A stretch of DNA of 64,000 bases. It comes from an uncultured cyanobacterium. GTDB lineage: Bacteria > Cyanobacteriota > Cyanobacteriia > Cyanobacteriales > CAWCAG01. The translations under genes and the position numbers were made by a program. Numbering within the stretch: position 1 is the stretch's first letter; each line of letters opens with the position of its first letter. The DNA lies in contig CAWDOD010000002.1 of assembly GCA_963803805.1 (NCBI GenBank), positions 640,001 to 704,000 on the forward strand. The letters run 5' to 3'. The notes beneath the pieces were generated by a model. It searched no databases. It saw nothing but the letters and a program-made list of their open reading frames with translations, and had not been told where the DNA came from. Positions 41,856 through 51,774 of the stretch are shown here, piece by piece.

Positions 41856-44496
41856 GTGTGGGAATATCTCAAAGTAATTTTCTCCCCTAGCCAGTATATG
41901 CCCCATGGCAACTGCTATTTATGGCAACCTTCTTTAGTTCTGCTCCACCTTGTTAGTGACTTACTAATTGCTGTTGCCTATTTCTCTATTCCACTGTTGC
42001 TAGTTTATTTTGTGTCCAAGCGGCAAGATGTTCCTTTTATGAGGATATTTTATCTGTTTGGTGCTTTTATCATTCTCTGTGGCGTTGGTCACTTATTGGA
42101 AGTTTGGACTCTTTGGCATCCTGCTTATTGGTTGTCAGGAGTAGAACAGGGAATGACAGCATTAGTTTCTTGTTATACTGCTCTTAGAATGGTAACTTTG
42201 TTGCCTCAATTTCTTTCTTTGAAAACCCCTCAAGAATTAGCAGCAATTAATCGAGAATTAGCAAAGCAGATTGAAATTAGTGAGGCAGCGAGAAAAGAAC
42301 AACAAAAAGCTGAACAAATTTTAAAAAATGTTGTGGAAGGAACGGCTTCAGCTACAGGAGAAGAGTTCTTTTTAGCTTTAGTAGAAAATTTGGCTAAAGC
42401 TTTGGATATTCGCTATGCTTTTGTAGCTCAAGTAATTAGCACTGAAGCAGAGAGGTTAGAGAGTCTTGCTTTTTGGGCGGAAAAGGAAATGGGAGAAAAT
42501 TTTGAATATAGCCTCGCTGGTACTCCCTGTGAACCGATTTTTCGCTCCGGCAAACCTTGCTACTACCCTCAAGGTGTGCAAGAACTTTTTCCTCAAGCAA
42601 CAGGGTTAAAAGCTATGGGGGCAGAGAGTTACTTAGGAGTACCTTTGTTGGATGGCAACAAAGAGGTTATTGGCACTCTGTGCATTAATAACAATGCTCC
42701 CTTGAAAAATCCTAAAACCGCCGAAGCGATTATGCTCATATTCGCTGCTAGAGCAGCAGCAGAATTGCAACGTCAAGCAGCAGAGTCGGCTTTGCGTCAA
42801 GCTTATGACGAGTTGGAGACGAGGGTACAAGAGCGTACTGAAGATTTAGTGACAGCTAATAATTTCCTCGCCAAAGAAATTGAAGAAAGAACTATTGCTG
42901 AATCTGCTTTAAAAAAAGTAGAAAGCCGCTTGAAAAGACAGCAAGCAGGATTAGTGGAATTAGCTACCAGCGAACATTTATATGCAGGAGAGATTAATAC
43001 GGCGATCGCCCAAATAACTCAATTAGCTAGTCGTATTCTAGATGTGGAAAGGAGTAGTGTTTGGTTTTTCAATAAAGATCAAGCAGCCATTATTTGTGCT
43101 GATCTCTATGAAAAATCTCCCCATCATCACAGTGAAGGTCAAAAAATAGCCTTAGCTGATTGCCCAAACTATTTTCAAGCTTTGGAACAAGAGCGAATAA
43201 TTGCTGCCCCTGACGTTTATACAGACTCGCGATTAATAGATTTTCAGGAATTTTATTTTAAGCCCCTAAATATTGTCTCCATGCTCGATGTAGCTATTTA
43301 TCTTAAAGGTGAAAAAATAGGGGTTGTTTGCTTAGAACATACGGGGGTAGCAGAAAGAAATTGGACCGTTGGAGAACAGAATTTTGTTAGTTACTTAGCT
43401 TACATGAGCGCTTTAGCCGTAGAATCTCACTATCGCAAACAAGCAGAAGAAGCCCTGCAACAAAAAAATCAGGAACTGATCACTACCCTAAAACAGCTTA
43501 AAACAACTCAAGATGAGCTTGTACAGTCGGAGAAAATGGCTGCTCTTGGCCAGCTTATAGCGGGGGTAGCCCATGAGATTAATACCCCTTTAGGAGCCAT
43601 TCGCGCTTCTTCTAGCAATACAGCTACTGCCTTAGAAGAAGCTTTAGAACGAGATACCCCAATTATCTCAAAAACTTTCTGCCGAAGAGCAAACCATTTT
43701 CTTTACCTTAGTTGATTGTGCTTGGCACAGGCATTCTCAAACAAGTTCCAAGGAAAAACGTCAGTTGAAGCGAACTTTAACTAAACAACTCCAATCACAG
43801 CAGATTGATGAACCTAGGCGTGTTGCCGATACTTTAATAGATATGGACGTTTGGGAAGATATTGACCGCTTTTTACCCCTTCTTAAAGCACCTGAAGTAG
43901 ATTGGACTCTTGAGTTAGCCTATAATTTAGTTCGCTTACAGAGCAACTCTCGCAATATTATTACGGCTGTAGAAAGAGCTTCTAAGGTGGTTTTTGCTCT
44001 CAAAAGCTATGCCCGTTACGATAAAAGCGACCAGAAAAGACTAGTTAAAATTACTGATAGTATTGAGACGGTTTTGGAGTTGTACTACAACCAAATCAAG
44101 CGAGGTGTTGAAGTAATTCAACAATACGATGCTCAATCTCTGCCCTCTATCTGGTGTTACCCCGATGAGTTAGTGCAGGTTTGGACAAACTTAATTCACA
44201 ATGGGATTCAAGCTATGGAAGGTCAAGGTGAGTTAACAATTAGTGTGGTGGAGCAAGCAGAAGATATTGTTGTCAAAGTTACAGATTCTGGTGGCGGTAT
44301 CTCCCCAGAAATACAAGAGCGCATCTTTGAACCCTTTTTCACAACTAAACCCATTGGAGAAGGAAGTGGTTTAGGATTAGATATTGTACGTAAAATTGTT
44401 GATAAGCACAAAGGGCGTATCGAGGTTGATAGTCAGCCTGGAGAAACGACTTTTAGCGTTTTCCTACCCAGACAACAACTGATAACTGAGCATTGA
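41856..44496 (+). CDS. Ethylene-receptor-like histidine kinase (ETR1-type 3-TM domain, 2xGAF, HisKA, HATPase) with one +1 frameshift at ~43650
   Basis: SDLLIAVAYFSIP...FGAFIILCGVGH; H-box GVAHEINTPLGAI. The frame from 43651 reads EIPQLSQKLSAEEQTIFF... continuously into ORF 43765-44496 (QVWTNLIHN, GSGLGL). Repaired length ~879 aa. Confidence 0.88.
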
Positions 44497-44502
44497 TAAC
44501 TA

Positions 44503-44922
44503 ATGACAGATACCGTAATTTTGTGTGTTGATGATGATGAAGTTGTTCTCGAAAGTATTAAAGAGCAACTGAAAAGGAAATTTGGCAGCAAATACCTTTA
44601 TGAGGTTGCTGATAGCGCAGAGGAGGGGTGGGAAGTTATTGAAGAATTGAGTCAGGAAAACTTGAGAATTGTGATTGTGGTTTCTGACTGGTTGATGCCG
44701 GAAATGAAAGGTGATGAATTTCTGATTAAGGTACATCAGAAATTTCCCAACGTTACTAATATAATGTTAACTGGTCAAGCTGATGAGTCAGCTATTGAAC
44801 GAGCTAAAAAAGATGCTAATCTGTTTTGTTGTTTGTCTAAACCTTGGAGTGAAGCAGAATTAACCGATGTACTGACCTCAGCATTAAAGAAGAATGAGCC
44901 ACCTAGCGATCCTATGCGTTGA
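44503..44922 (+). CDS. Single-domain response regulator
   Basis: ILCVDDD, VSDWLMP, MLTGQA, KPW. Confidence 0.92.
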   Translation: MTDTVILCVDDDEVVLESIKEQLKRKFGSKYLYEVADSAEEGWEVIEELSQENLRIVIVVSDWLMPEMKGDEFLIKVHQKFPNVTNIMLTGQADESAIERAKKDANLFCCLSKPWSEAELTDVLTSALKKNEPPSDPMR

Positions 44923-46102
44923 TGACCAAAAAGTTATTTTAGACAGTCTCAAAGAACAGCTAAAGCGTAATTTGAAAGGAATTTATGAGTTGGAAATAGC
45001 AGAAAGCGCAGAAGAAGCTTTAGAAATTCTTGAGGAGTTAACAGAAGAGAGGGTTGAAGTTGCTCTGATTATTTCTGACCAAATTATGCCAGGAATGAAA
45101 GGTGATGAATTACTTATTAAAGTTCATCAACTCTATCCGCAAATTATAAAAATTATGTTAACGGGGCAAGCTGATGCTAGAGCAGTGGGAAATGTGGTTA
45201 ATAAGGCGAATTTATATCGTTATTTAGATAAGCCTTGGGAAGAAACTGACCTGATCTTAACAGTTAAAGAGGCCCTACGCAGTTACAGACAAAATCAACA
45301 GTTGGTAGAACAAAATAAAGAATTACAAAAGCTTAATAGTCAACTTCAACAGCTTAATAACTCCTTAGAAGAAAAAATTGCTGAACGTACCCAAGAATTA
45401 AGCAATGCTAATCTTAAATTAGAACGAAAAATTGCCGAACGCAAAATGGCAGAAACCGCCTTGCGTCTAGCTAGGCAAAGATCTGATAATTTGATTCTTA
45501 ATATTTTGCCTGCTAGTGTAGCGGAAAAGTTAAAGCAGGGTCAGAGTATTATTGCTGAACAATTTGATGAAGCAACTATTCTTTTTGCGGATTTGGTAGA
45601 TTTTACTCGCATAGCCGCTTTTGTTAAGCCTATTGAATTAGTCAATTTGCTTAATCAAATTTTTTCTGAGTTTGATGAACTAGCTGATCAGTATGGTGTA
45701 GAAAAAATCAAGACTATCGGCGATGAATATATGGTAGTAGCAGGAGTGCCAATTCCTCAAGAAAATGGTGCAGAAGCGATGGCCCAAATGGCTTTGGCTA
45801 TGGCTAAGGTGGTTAATAACTATCCGGGTTTGGATAATTTACCTTTAAAAATTCGCATAGGTATAAATACTGGCAAAGTGATAGCAGGAGTAATCGGGCT
45901 AAGAAGATTTAGCTATGATCTTTGGGGAGATGCTGTTAATATTGCTTCTCGTATGGAGTCATCAGGAATTGCTGGTAAAATTCAAGTAACTGTATCTACT
46001 TACCAGAAGTTGAAAGATAATTATATCTTGGAACCGAGGGGAAAAATTGCTATTAAGGGTAAAGGAAATATGATGACCTATTGGCTAGTTGGCAAGAAAT
46101 GA
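44894..46102 (+). CDS. Response regulator-adenylate cyclase (REC, coiled coil, class III cyclase)
   Basis: IISDQIMP; ILFADLVDFT, EKIKTIGDEYM, YDLWGDAVNIASRMES. Confidence 0.92.
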   Translation: MSHLAILCVDDQKVILDSLKEQLKRNLKGIYELEIAESAEEALEILEELTEERVEVALIISDQIMPGMKGDELLIKVHQLYPQIIKIMLTGQADARAVGNVVNKANLYRYLDKPWEETDLILTVKEALRSYRQNQQLVEQNKELQKLNSQLQQLNNSLEEKIAERTQELSNANLKLERKIAERKMAETALRLARQRSDNLILNILPASVAEKLKQGQSIIAEQFDEATILFADLVDFTRIAAFVKPIELVNLLNQIFSEFDELADQYGVEKIKTIGDEYMVVAGVPIPQENGAEAMAQMALAMAKVVNNYPGLDNLPLKIRIGINTGKVIAGVIGLRRFSYDLWGDAVNIASRMESSGIAGKIQVTVSTYQKLKDNYILEPRGKIAIKGKGNMMTYWLVGKK

Positions 46103-46191
46103 GATTTGCTAATAGCTAAACTATGGTGTAATCCTATGTCGGCTTTAGCCAAGATAAAAGTAAAACTGTTTATTCTTAATTAAATAGAATT

Positions 46192-46593
46192 ATGCACAAA
46201 AAAACCATTCTTTGTGTTGATGATGAGCGTATCATTTTAACTAGTTTGCGCGATCAACTTACTAATCATTTTGGCAAGCGTTATGAATATGAATTTGCTG
46301 AAAGTGTCGAAGAAGCTTTAGAAGTGATTGAAGAGTTGAATGAAGATGGTGGCGAAATCTTGATGATTGTTTCTGATTGGCTGATGCCGGAGATGAAAGG
46401 AGATGAATTTTTGATTAAAGTTCATCAACGTTTTCCGGAAATTGTTAAAGTACTTCTTACAGGGCAAGCTGATGATGAAGCGATTGAGAGAACAAAACAA
46501 CTAGCTAACCTTCATCGTTATTTACCCAAGCCTTGGGATGAAACTACTTTAATAGATGTTTTAGAGTCAGGGTTAGAGCAAAAAAATGAGTAA
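46192..46593 (+). CDS. Single-domain response regulator
   Basis: ILCVDDE, VSDWLMP, LLTGQA, KPW. Confidence 0.92.
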   Translation: MHKKTILCVDDERIILTSLRDQLTNHFGKRYEYEFAESVEEALEVIEELNEDGGEILMIVSDWLMPEMKGDEFLIKVHQRFPEIVKVLLTGQADDEAIERTKQLANLHRYLPKPWDETTLIDVLESGLEQKNE

Positions 46594-48064
46594 ACCGGTT
46601 ATTATTTGTGTTGATGATGAAAGAATTGTTTTAGTAAGTTTGCGAGATCAGCTTACTCAACATTTAGGTAACGAATATGAAATAGAATTAGCCGAAAGTG
46701 GTGAGGAAGCTTTAGAGATTTTTGCAGAGTTAGCTGAAGAGGAAGTTGAAGTTCCTTTAATTATTTCTGACCAAATTATGCCGGGGATGAAAGGGGATGA
46801 TTTATTGGTAGTAATTCAGAATCAACATCCCCAAACTTTGAAAATAATGCTAACAGGACAAGCTAGTGCTGAAGCTGTGGGCAAGGCAGTTAACCAAGCT
46901 AATCTCTATCGCTATATTACTAAACCTTGGCAAGCGGAAGATTTGAAATTAACGGTTAAAGAGGCTCTTAATAGTTATCAACAAGAGAAAAGATTGGCGG
47001 AGTATAGTCGTAATCTAGAAGTGAAAGTAGAAGAACGTACTATCGAATTACAACAAAAAAATGAAGAGTTAGCTCAAGCTCTACGGCAGTTACAATCTAC
47101 CCAACAAGAACTTATTCAATCAGAGAAAATGGCGGCTCTTGGTCAACTTATTGCTGGGGTAGCACACGAAATCAATACTCCTTTGGGAGCGATTAAGGCT
47201 TCTATTAGTAATATTGCCAACGCTTTAGAGAAATCATTACAACAACTACCTCAATTGTTAACTCAGCTTTCTGAACAAGAACAGGCAGATTTTTTTGCCT
47301 TAGTTGCAGCTAGTCAAAATAATACTGAACCCCTTTCCTTTCGTACAGAGCGTAAGTTAAAGCGTGCTTATAGACAAGAGTTGGAAGCTCAAAATATTGA
47401 GGATGCTGATACTGTAGCAGCTAATTTAGTCAAGATTGGGTTTAAATACGAACTTGCTCCCTTTTTACCTTTATTAAAATCTCCCTATAAATCTGCGATA
47501 TTGCACACTACCTATAATTTGGCTATGCAGCAAAGTAATAGTGAAAATATTAAATTAGCAGTAGATAGAGCCTCTAAAATTGTTTTTGCATTGAAAAGTT
47601 ATGCCCGCCAAGGACAGACTGGAGAAAAAATCAGAACTCAGGTGATAGAAGGAATTGACTTAGTACTAACTATTTATCACAATCAACTTAAACGAGGAGT
47701 AGATGTAACCAAAAATTATCAGGATATCCCCCCTGTCCTTTGTTATCCAGAAGAATTGAATCAGGTTTGGACTAATTTAATTCATAATGCTATTCAAGCT
47801 ATGAATAATAAAGGCAGATTAGCCATAACTGCTATTGAAGATAATGGTTATGTAGTTGTGCAAATAACTGATTCTGGTTGTGGGATACCTCCTCAAATCA
47901 AAGAAAATATCTTTAAGCCCTTTTTTACCACCAAATCTGCTGGAGAAGGTAGTGGTTTAGGATTGGATATTGTTAGTAAGATTATTGATAAGCACCAAGG
48001 CAAAATTGCAGTAGAAAGTAAGCCGGGATGTACTACATTTAAGGTTTGGTTGCCGATTAGCTGA
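46586..48064 (+). CDS. REC-histidine kinase hybrid
   Basis: N-terminal REC (IISDQIMP), GVAHEINTPLGAI, QVWTNLIHNA, GSGLGL. Confidence 0.92.
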   Translation: MSKPVIICVDDERIVLVSLRDQLTQHLGNEYEIELAESGEEALEIFAELAEEEVEVPLIISDQIMPGMKGDDLLVVIQNQHPQTLKIMLTGQASAEAVGKAVNQANLYRYITKPWQAEDLKLTVKEALNSYQQEKRLAEYSRNLEVKVEERTIELQQKNEELAQALRQLQSTQQELIQSEKMAALGQLIAGVAHEINTPLGAIKASISNIANALEKSLQQLPQLLTQLSEQEQADFFALVAASQNNTEPLSFRTERKLKRAYRQELEAQNIEDADTVAANLVKIGFKYELAPFLPLLKSPYKSAILHTTYNLAMQQSNSENIKLAVDRASKIVFALKSYARQGQTGEKIRTQVIEGIDLVLTIYHNQLKRGVDVTKNYQDIPPVLCYPEELNQVWTNLIHNAIQAMNNKGRLAITAIEDNGYVVVQITDSGCGIPPQIKENIFKPFFTTKSAGEGSGLGLDIVSKIIDKHQGKIAVESKPGCTTFKVWLPIS

Positions 48065-48094
48065 AGATAATTTAACTTCTAGAGGGATAAAACC

Positions 48095-50011
48095 ATGAGC
48101 AAACCCGTGATTATTTGCGTAGACGATGAGAAAGTTGTCTTAGTGAGTCTACGAGATCAACTTGCTCAAAATCTAGGGGATGACTATGAAATAGAACTAG
48201 CAGAAAGCGGTGAAGAAGCTTTAGAAATTTTTGAGGAATTAACCGCAGAAGGTATTGAAGTTCCGGTAATTATTTCTGACCAAATTATGCCCGAAATGAA
48301 GGGAGACGAACTTTTACAAGAGATTCAGCAACAACATCCCCAAACTTTGAAAATAATGCTGACAGGACAAGCTAGTGCTGATGAGGTTGGTAATGCAGTT
48401 AATCATGCTAAATTATATCGCTATATCTCTAAGCCTTGGCATATTGAAGATTTAACTATGACGGTTAATGAAGCTCTCAATAGCTATTTCCAGAAAAAAC
48501 AGTTAGAAAGGTTCAGTAGTCAGCAAAAAGCCTTAATTACTCAACTTAAAGAAAATGAAAGTCGTTTGAATCAGTTTTTAGAAGGAATGCCTGTGGGAGT
48601 TGCTGTTTTAGATGGAAAAGGGCAACCTTATTATACCAACCACAAAGCCCAGGAGCTTTTGGGTCAAGGAGTTTTACCAACTATTCAAACAGAACATATA
48701 CCAGCAGCTTATCAACTTTATAAAGCTAATACTGATTGTCTTTATCCGGCAACAGAATTACCAATTATTCAAGCTTTACAAGGGAAGAGTGTCGTTAACA
48801 ACGATATAGAAATTCACCAAGATAGTAAAGTTATCCCTTTAGAAACTTGTAGCACTCCTATTTATGATAAACGAAAAAACGTCGTTTATGCTATGGCTGT
48901 TTTCCAAGATATTAGTCAAAGGAAAAAAGCAGAAAAAGTACTAGCTGAATATAATCAAACCCTAGAAACTCAGGTTCAAGAAAGAACTTTAGAATTAAAA
49001 CAGAAAAATCAACAATTAGCCACTACTCTCGAAGAACTACATACCACCCAAGAAGAATTGATTCAAACCGAAAAAATGGCTGCTCTTGGCCAGCTTGTTG
49101 CCGGTGTTGCCCATGAAGTTAATACTCCTTTAGCTGCTATACGTTCTTCGGGAGAATATATTGAAAACTTTTTAGTTGAAAATCTAGAAAAGATACCAAC
49201 TTTATGTCAAAAAATACCTTCAGAATATTATGATATATTTGTTTCTTTGTTAAAGGAGTCGAAGCAAAAAAAAATACCCCTTTCTTCTCGTGAAAAGCGT
49301 CAATTAAAAAAACAATTAGCTCACCAACTAAAAGAGTATCAAATTGATGATTATACTAATGTTGCCAATACATTAGTTAATATTGGTGTAGAAGATAATT
49401 TAGAATCTTACCTGCCTTTATTACAGGATAGTAGAGGGGAAATGATTTTAGAAACTGCCTATAATTTAGCTAATTTGCGGAAGAGTTCAACTATAATCAC
49501 CACCGCTACAGAAAGAGCCGCTAAAGTTGTTTTCGCTTTAAAAAGCTATGCTCGTTACGATCAATCGGGAAATAAAAGACAAGCTGATTTAATTCAAGGT
49601 ATTGAAACAGTATTAACTCTCTATCATAATCAATTAAAACAAGGAGTGAAAGTCCAACGCAACTATACCGAAGTTCCCTTGATTTTATGTTATCCTGACG
49701 AACTGAATCAAGTCTGGACTAACTTAATCCACAATGCTCTTCAAGCCATGAAAAATAAAGGAGAATTGATTATTGAGGTAGTTAAGGAAGAAAATCAAGC
49801 GAAAGTTAGCTTTACTGACACAGGAAAAGGGATACCAGAAGATATTAAAAACAAAATATTCAAACCTTTTTTTACTACTAAACCTCCAGGAGAAGGAAGT
49901 GGTTTAGGATTAGATATTGTTAGTAAGATCGTTGATAAGCATCAAGGACAAATCACTTTCGAGAGTGAACAGGGATGTACAACATTTACTGTTTGTCTAC
50001 CAGTTATTTGA
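48095..50011 (+). CDS. REC-PAS-histidine kinase hybrid
   Basis: REC, PAS (MPVGVAVLD...VFQDIS), GVAHEVNTPL, HATPase. Confidence 0.92.
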   Translation: MSKPVIICVDDEKVVLVSLRDQLAQNLGDDYEIELAESGEEALEIFEELTAEGIEVPVIISDQIMPEMKGDELLQEIQQQHPQTLKIMLTGQASADEVGNAVNHAKLYRYISKPWHIEDLTMTVNEALNSYFQKKQLERFSSQQKALITQLKENESRLNQFLEGMPVGVAVLDGKGQPYYTNHKAQELLGQGVLPTIQTEHIPAAYQLYKANTDCLYPATELPIIQALQGKSVVNNDIEIHQDSKVIPLETCSTPIYDKRKNVVYAMAVFQDISQRKKAEKVLAEYNQTLETQVQERTLELKQKNQQLATTLEELHTTQEELIQTEKMAALGQLVAGVAHEVNTPLAAIRSSGEYIENFLVENLEKIPTLCQKIPSEYYDIFVSLLKESKQKKIPLSSREKRQLKKQLAHQLKEYQIDDYTNVANTLVNIGVEDNLESYLPLLQDSRGEMILETAYNLANLRKSSTIITTATERAAKVVFALKSYARYDQSGNKRQADLIQGIETVLTLYHNQLKQGVKVQRNYTEVPLILCYPDELNQVWTNLIHNALQAMKNKGELIIEVVKEENQAKVSFTDTGKGIPEDIKNKIFKPFFTTKPPGEGSGLGLDIVSKIVDKHQGQITFESEQGCTTFTVCLPVI

Positions 50012-50389
50012 TTTTTAGCAATAATCCTGTTTGGTTGCATAGGTTATTTGTGGAGGCAGTGAGTAGGCAACACCTCAGTAGGGGTTAAAAACTTGATTTC
50101 TTGGATTTTATAAAGGTGCTTTAATCACCGAATTTGGCATCATATAAATTCAGACTATAGATGCAGGTGTTTCTAGAAAGATTCTGCTAATTGTATAACT
50201 TAATTAGTACTTATTGAAAGCTTTTATATAACCTTAGAGAGAAGTCAACTATATTAAACTTATTTAACGTAATACATCGTCAGATAGAAGAATTATTAGG
50301 GTAAAAATTACTAGAATTTAAGGTGATAGCGCAAACAACAACGCAGCGCCAAATAAAGCAGAAATAACCGATAAGGAGTTTAAGATATC

Positions 50390-50572
50390 ATGAGTATCGA
50401 AGATAGAGCAAAAGCAACAGCTAAGAATATTGAAGGTAAAGTACAAGAAGCCGTAGGTGAAGTTACAGGAGATCCTGAAGATAAAGCAGAAGGACAAGCT
50501 AAGCAAGCTGAAGCAGAAATTGAACATTCAGTAGAAAATGTGAAAGATAAGCTTAAAAAAGCGATTGATTAA
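50390..50572 (+). CDS. CsbD family general stress protein
   Basis: MSIEDRAKATAKNIEGKVQEAVGEVTGD; AAGGAG RBS upstream. Confidence 0.92.
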   Translation: MSIEDRAKATAKNIEGKVQEAVGEVTGDPEDKAEGQAKQAEAEIEHSVENVKDKLKKAID

Positions 50573-50669
50573 TCGTTTTTTTAAATTGAAGGGTTGAGTG
50601 AGGAGTTTTCAAGCTCCTTGCTTTATTTTGTATATTGTAAAAGTTATCGTCAATTGAGGAGAAAAAACT

Positions 50670-51047
50670 TTGAATAATGATGCTGAGGTAGCAGCTAAAT
50701 ACACAGAAAAAAATAGCCTTCCTGGAGAAGAAGTGATTACAGAAACTACAGGAATAAGCGATCGCAATACAGGCATTGGCAAAGTATTAGAGGATGTAAA
50801 AGAAAATCATGCTATAAGTGAATCTACTACCGGAGGCGATTTAGATACTAACCAATACCAAGCTTCTGTAGTTGGGGAAGAAGCGATTGGCGGTACAACT
50901 CCAACTCCCGCCCAGAACAATATAGATGAAATGGCAGCTTCGGCTGGGGTAGAAATGAGTGATGTGGAAGCTGTACAAATGAAATCTAAATTAGAAGAAC
51001 GAGATGAAGATCGTTGGGAATTAAATCGTAATTCAGCAGAACAATAG
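50670..51047 (+). CDS. DUF6335-like acidic protein
   Basis: TGGDLD...VGEEAIGGTTPTPAQNNIDEMAASAG...LEERDEDRWEL; GAGGAG upstream of the TTG. Confidence 0.75.
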   Translation: MNNDAEVAAKYTEKNSLPGEEVITETTGISDRNTGIGKVLEDVKENHAISESTTGGDLDTNQYQASVVGEEAIGGTTPTPAQNNIDEMAASAGVEMSDVEAVQMKSKLEERDEDRWELNRNSAEQ

Positions 51048-51089
51048 ATCCCTAAGTAGCGATGCGGCAAAAACAGTGTCGCTATTTTA

Positions 51090-51251
51090 TTAGCTTTTAA
51101 CCTGAACTTGAGATTTGCGACGGCGACAACGTTCAGAACAGTACTTCACTTCTTGCCAACATTTTTCCCATTTTTTGCGCCAAGAAAAAGGGCGATTACA
51201 AACAGGACAGATTTTTGGAGGTAAATTAGATTGGGAATACTGGCGTGCCAT
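51090..51251 (-). CDS. DUF2256 family small Cys-rich protein (53 aa, not in ORF track)
   Basis: Manual translation [53 protein letters not shown]. Confidence 0.9.
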   Translation of the reverse strand: MARQYSQSNLPPKICPVCNRPFSWRKKWEKCWQEVKYCSERCRRRKSQVQVKS

Positions 51252-51359
51252 TCTTTAAATATAAATGCAGTTTTTTAAACAGAGCCGAATTATGCCAAAT
51301 TCTTGCTTTATGGGAAGATGGATTATAGTTGATTATTAAGAAAAAGCAAAGATTAAATT

Positions 51360-51695
51360 ATGGCAGAGATCCAGTTTTCTAAAGGAATCACTGAAGAAGC
51401 CGTACCTGATGTACGCCTTACTCGCGCCCGCGATGGTGAAAGCGGTACAGCCACTTTCTATTTTACCAATCCTAAAGCCTTCAGTGCTGAGAGTACTGAA
51501 GAAATTACTGGTATGTATTTAATTGATGAAGAAGGAGAGATTGTTACTAGAGAGGTTAAAGGCAAATTTGTTAATGGGCAACCTCAAGGACTAGAAGCTA
51601 TTCATTTAATGAAAACTCAACAGGAATGGGATCGTTTTATGCGCTTTATGGAACGCTATGCTGAACAACACGACTTGGGATTCAGTAAATCATAA
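51360..51695 (+). CDS. psb28: Photosystem II assembly factor Psb28
   Basis: [22 protein letters not shown]...[12 protein letters not shown]...[12 protein letters not shown]. Confidence 0.96.
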   Translation: MAEIQFSKGITEEAVPDVRLTRARDGESGTATFYFTNPKAFSAESTEEITGMYLIDEEGEIVTREVKGKFVNGQPQGLEAIHLMKTQQEWDRFMRFMERYAEQHDLGFSKS

Positions 51696-51774
51696 ATTTG
51701 TGTTTGTTGATTCTAGATTAGAAACCGGGCAGCTTATATTGTTAATGATGAAAGTTTGTCCGGTTTTTTCATAA

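Noticed and set aside
42330-43430. GAF domains of the ethylene-receptor kinase as cyanobacteriochrome photosensors
   Set aside because: No bilin-binding DxCF or CH-type motifs are visible.
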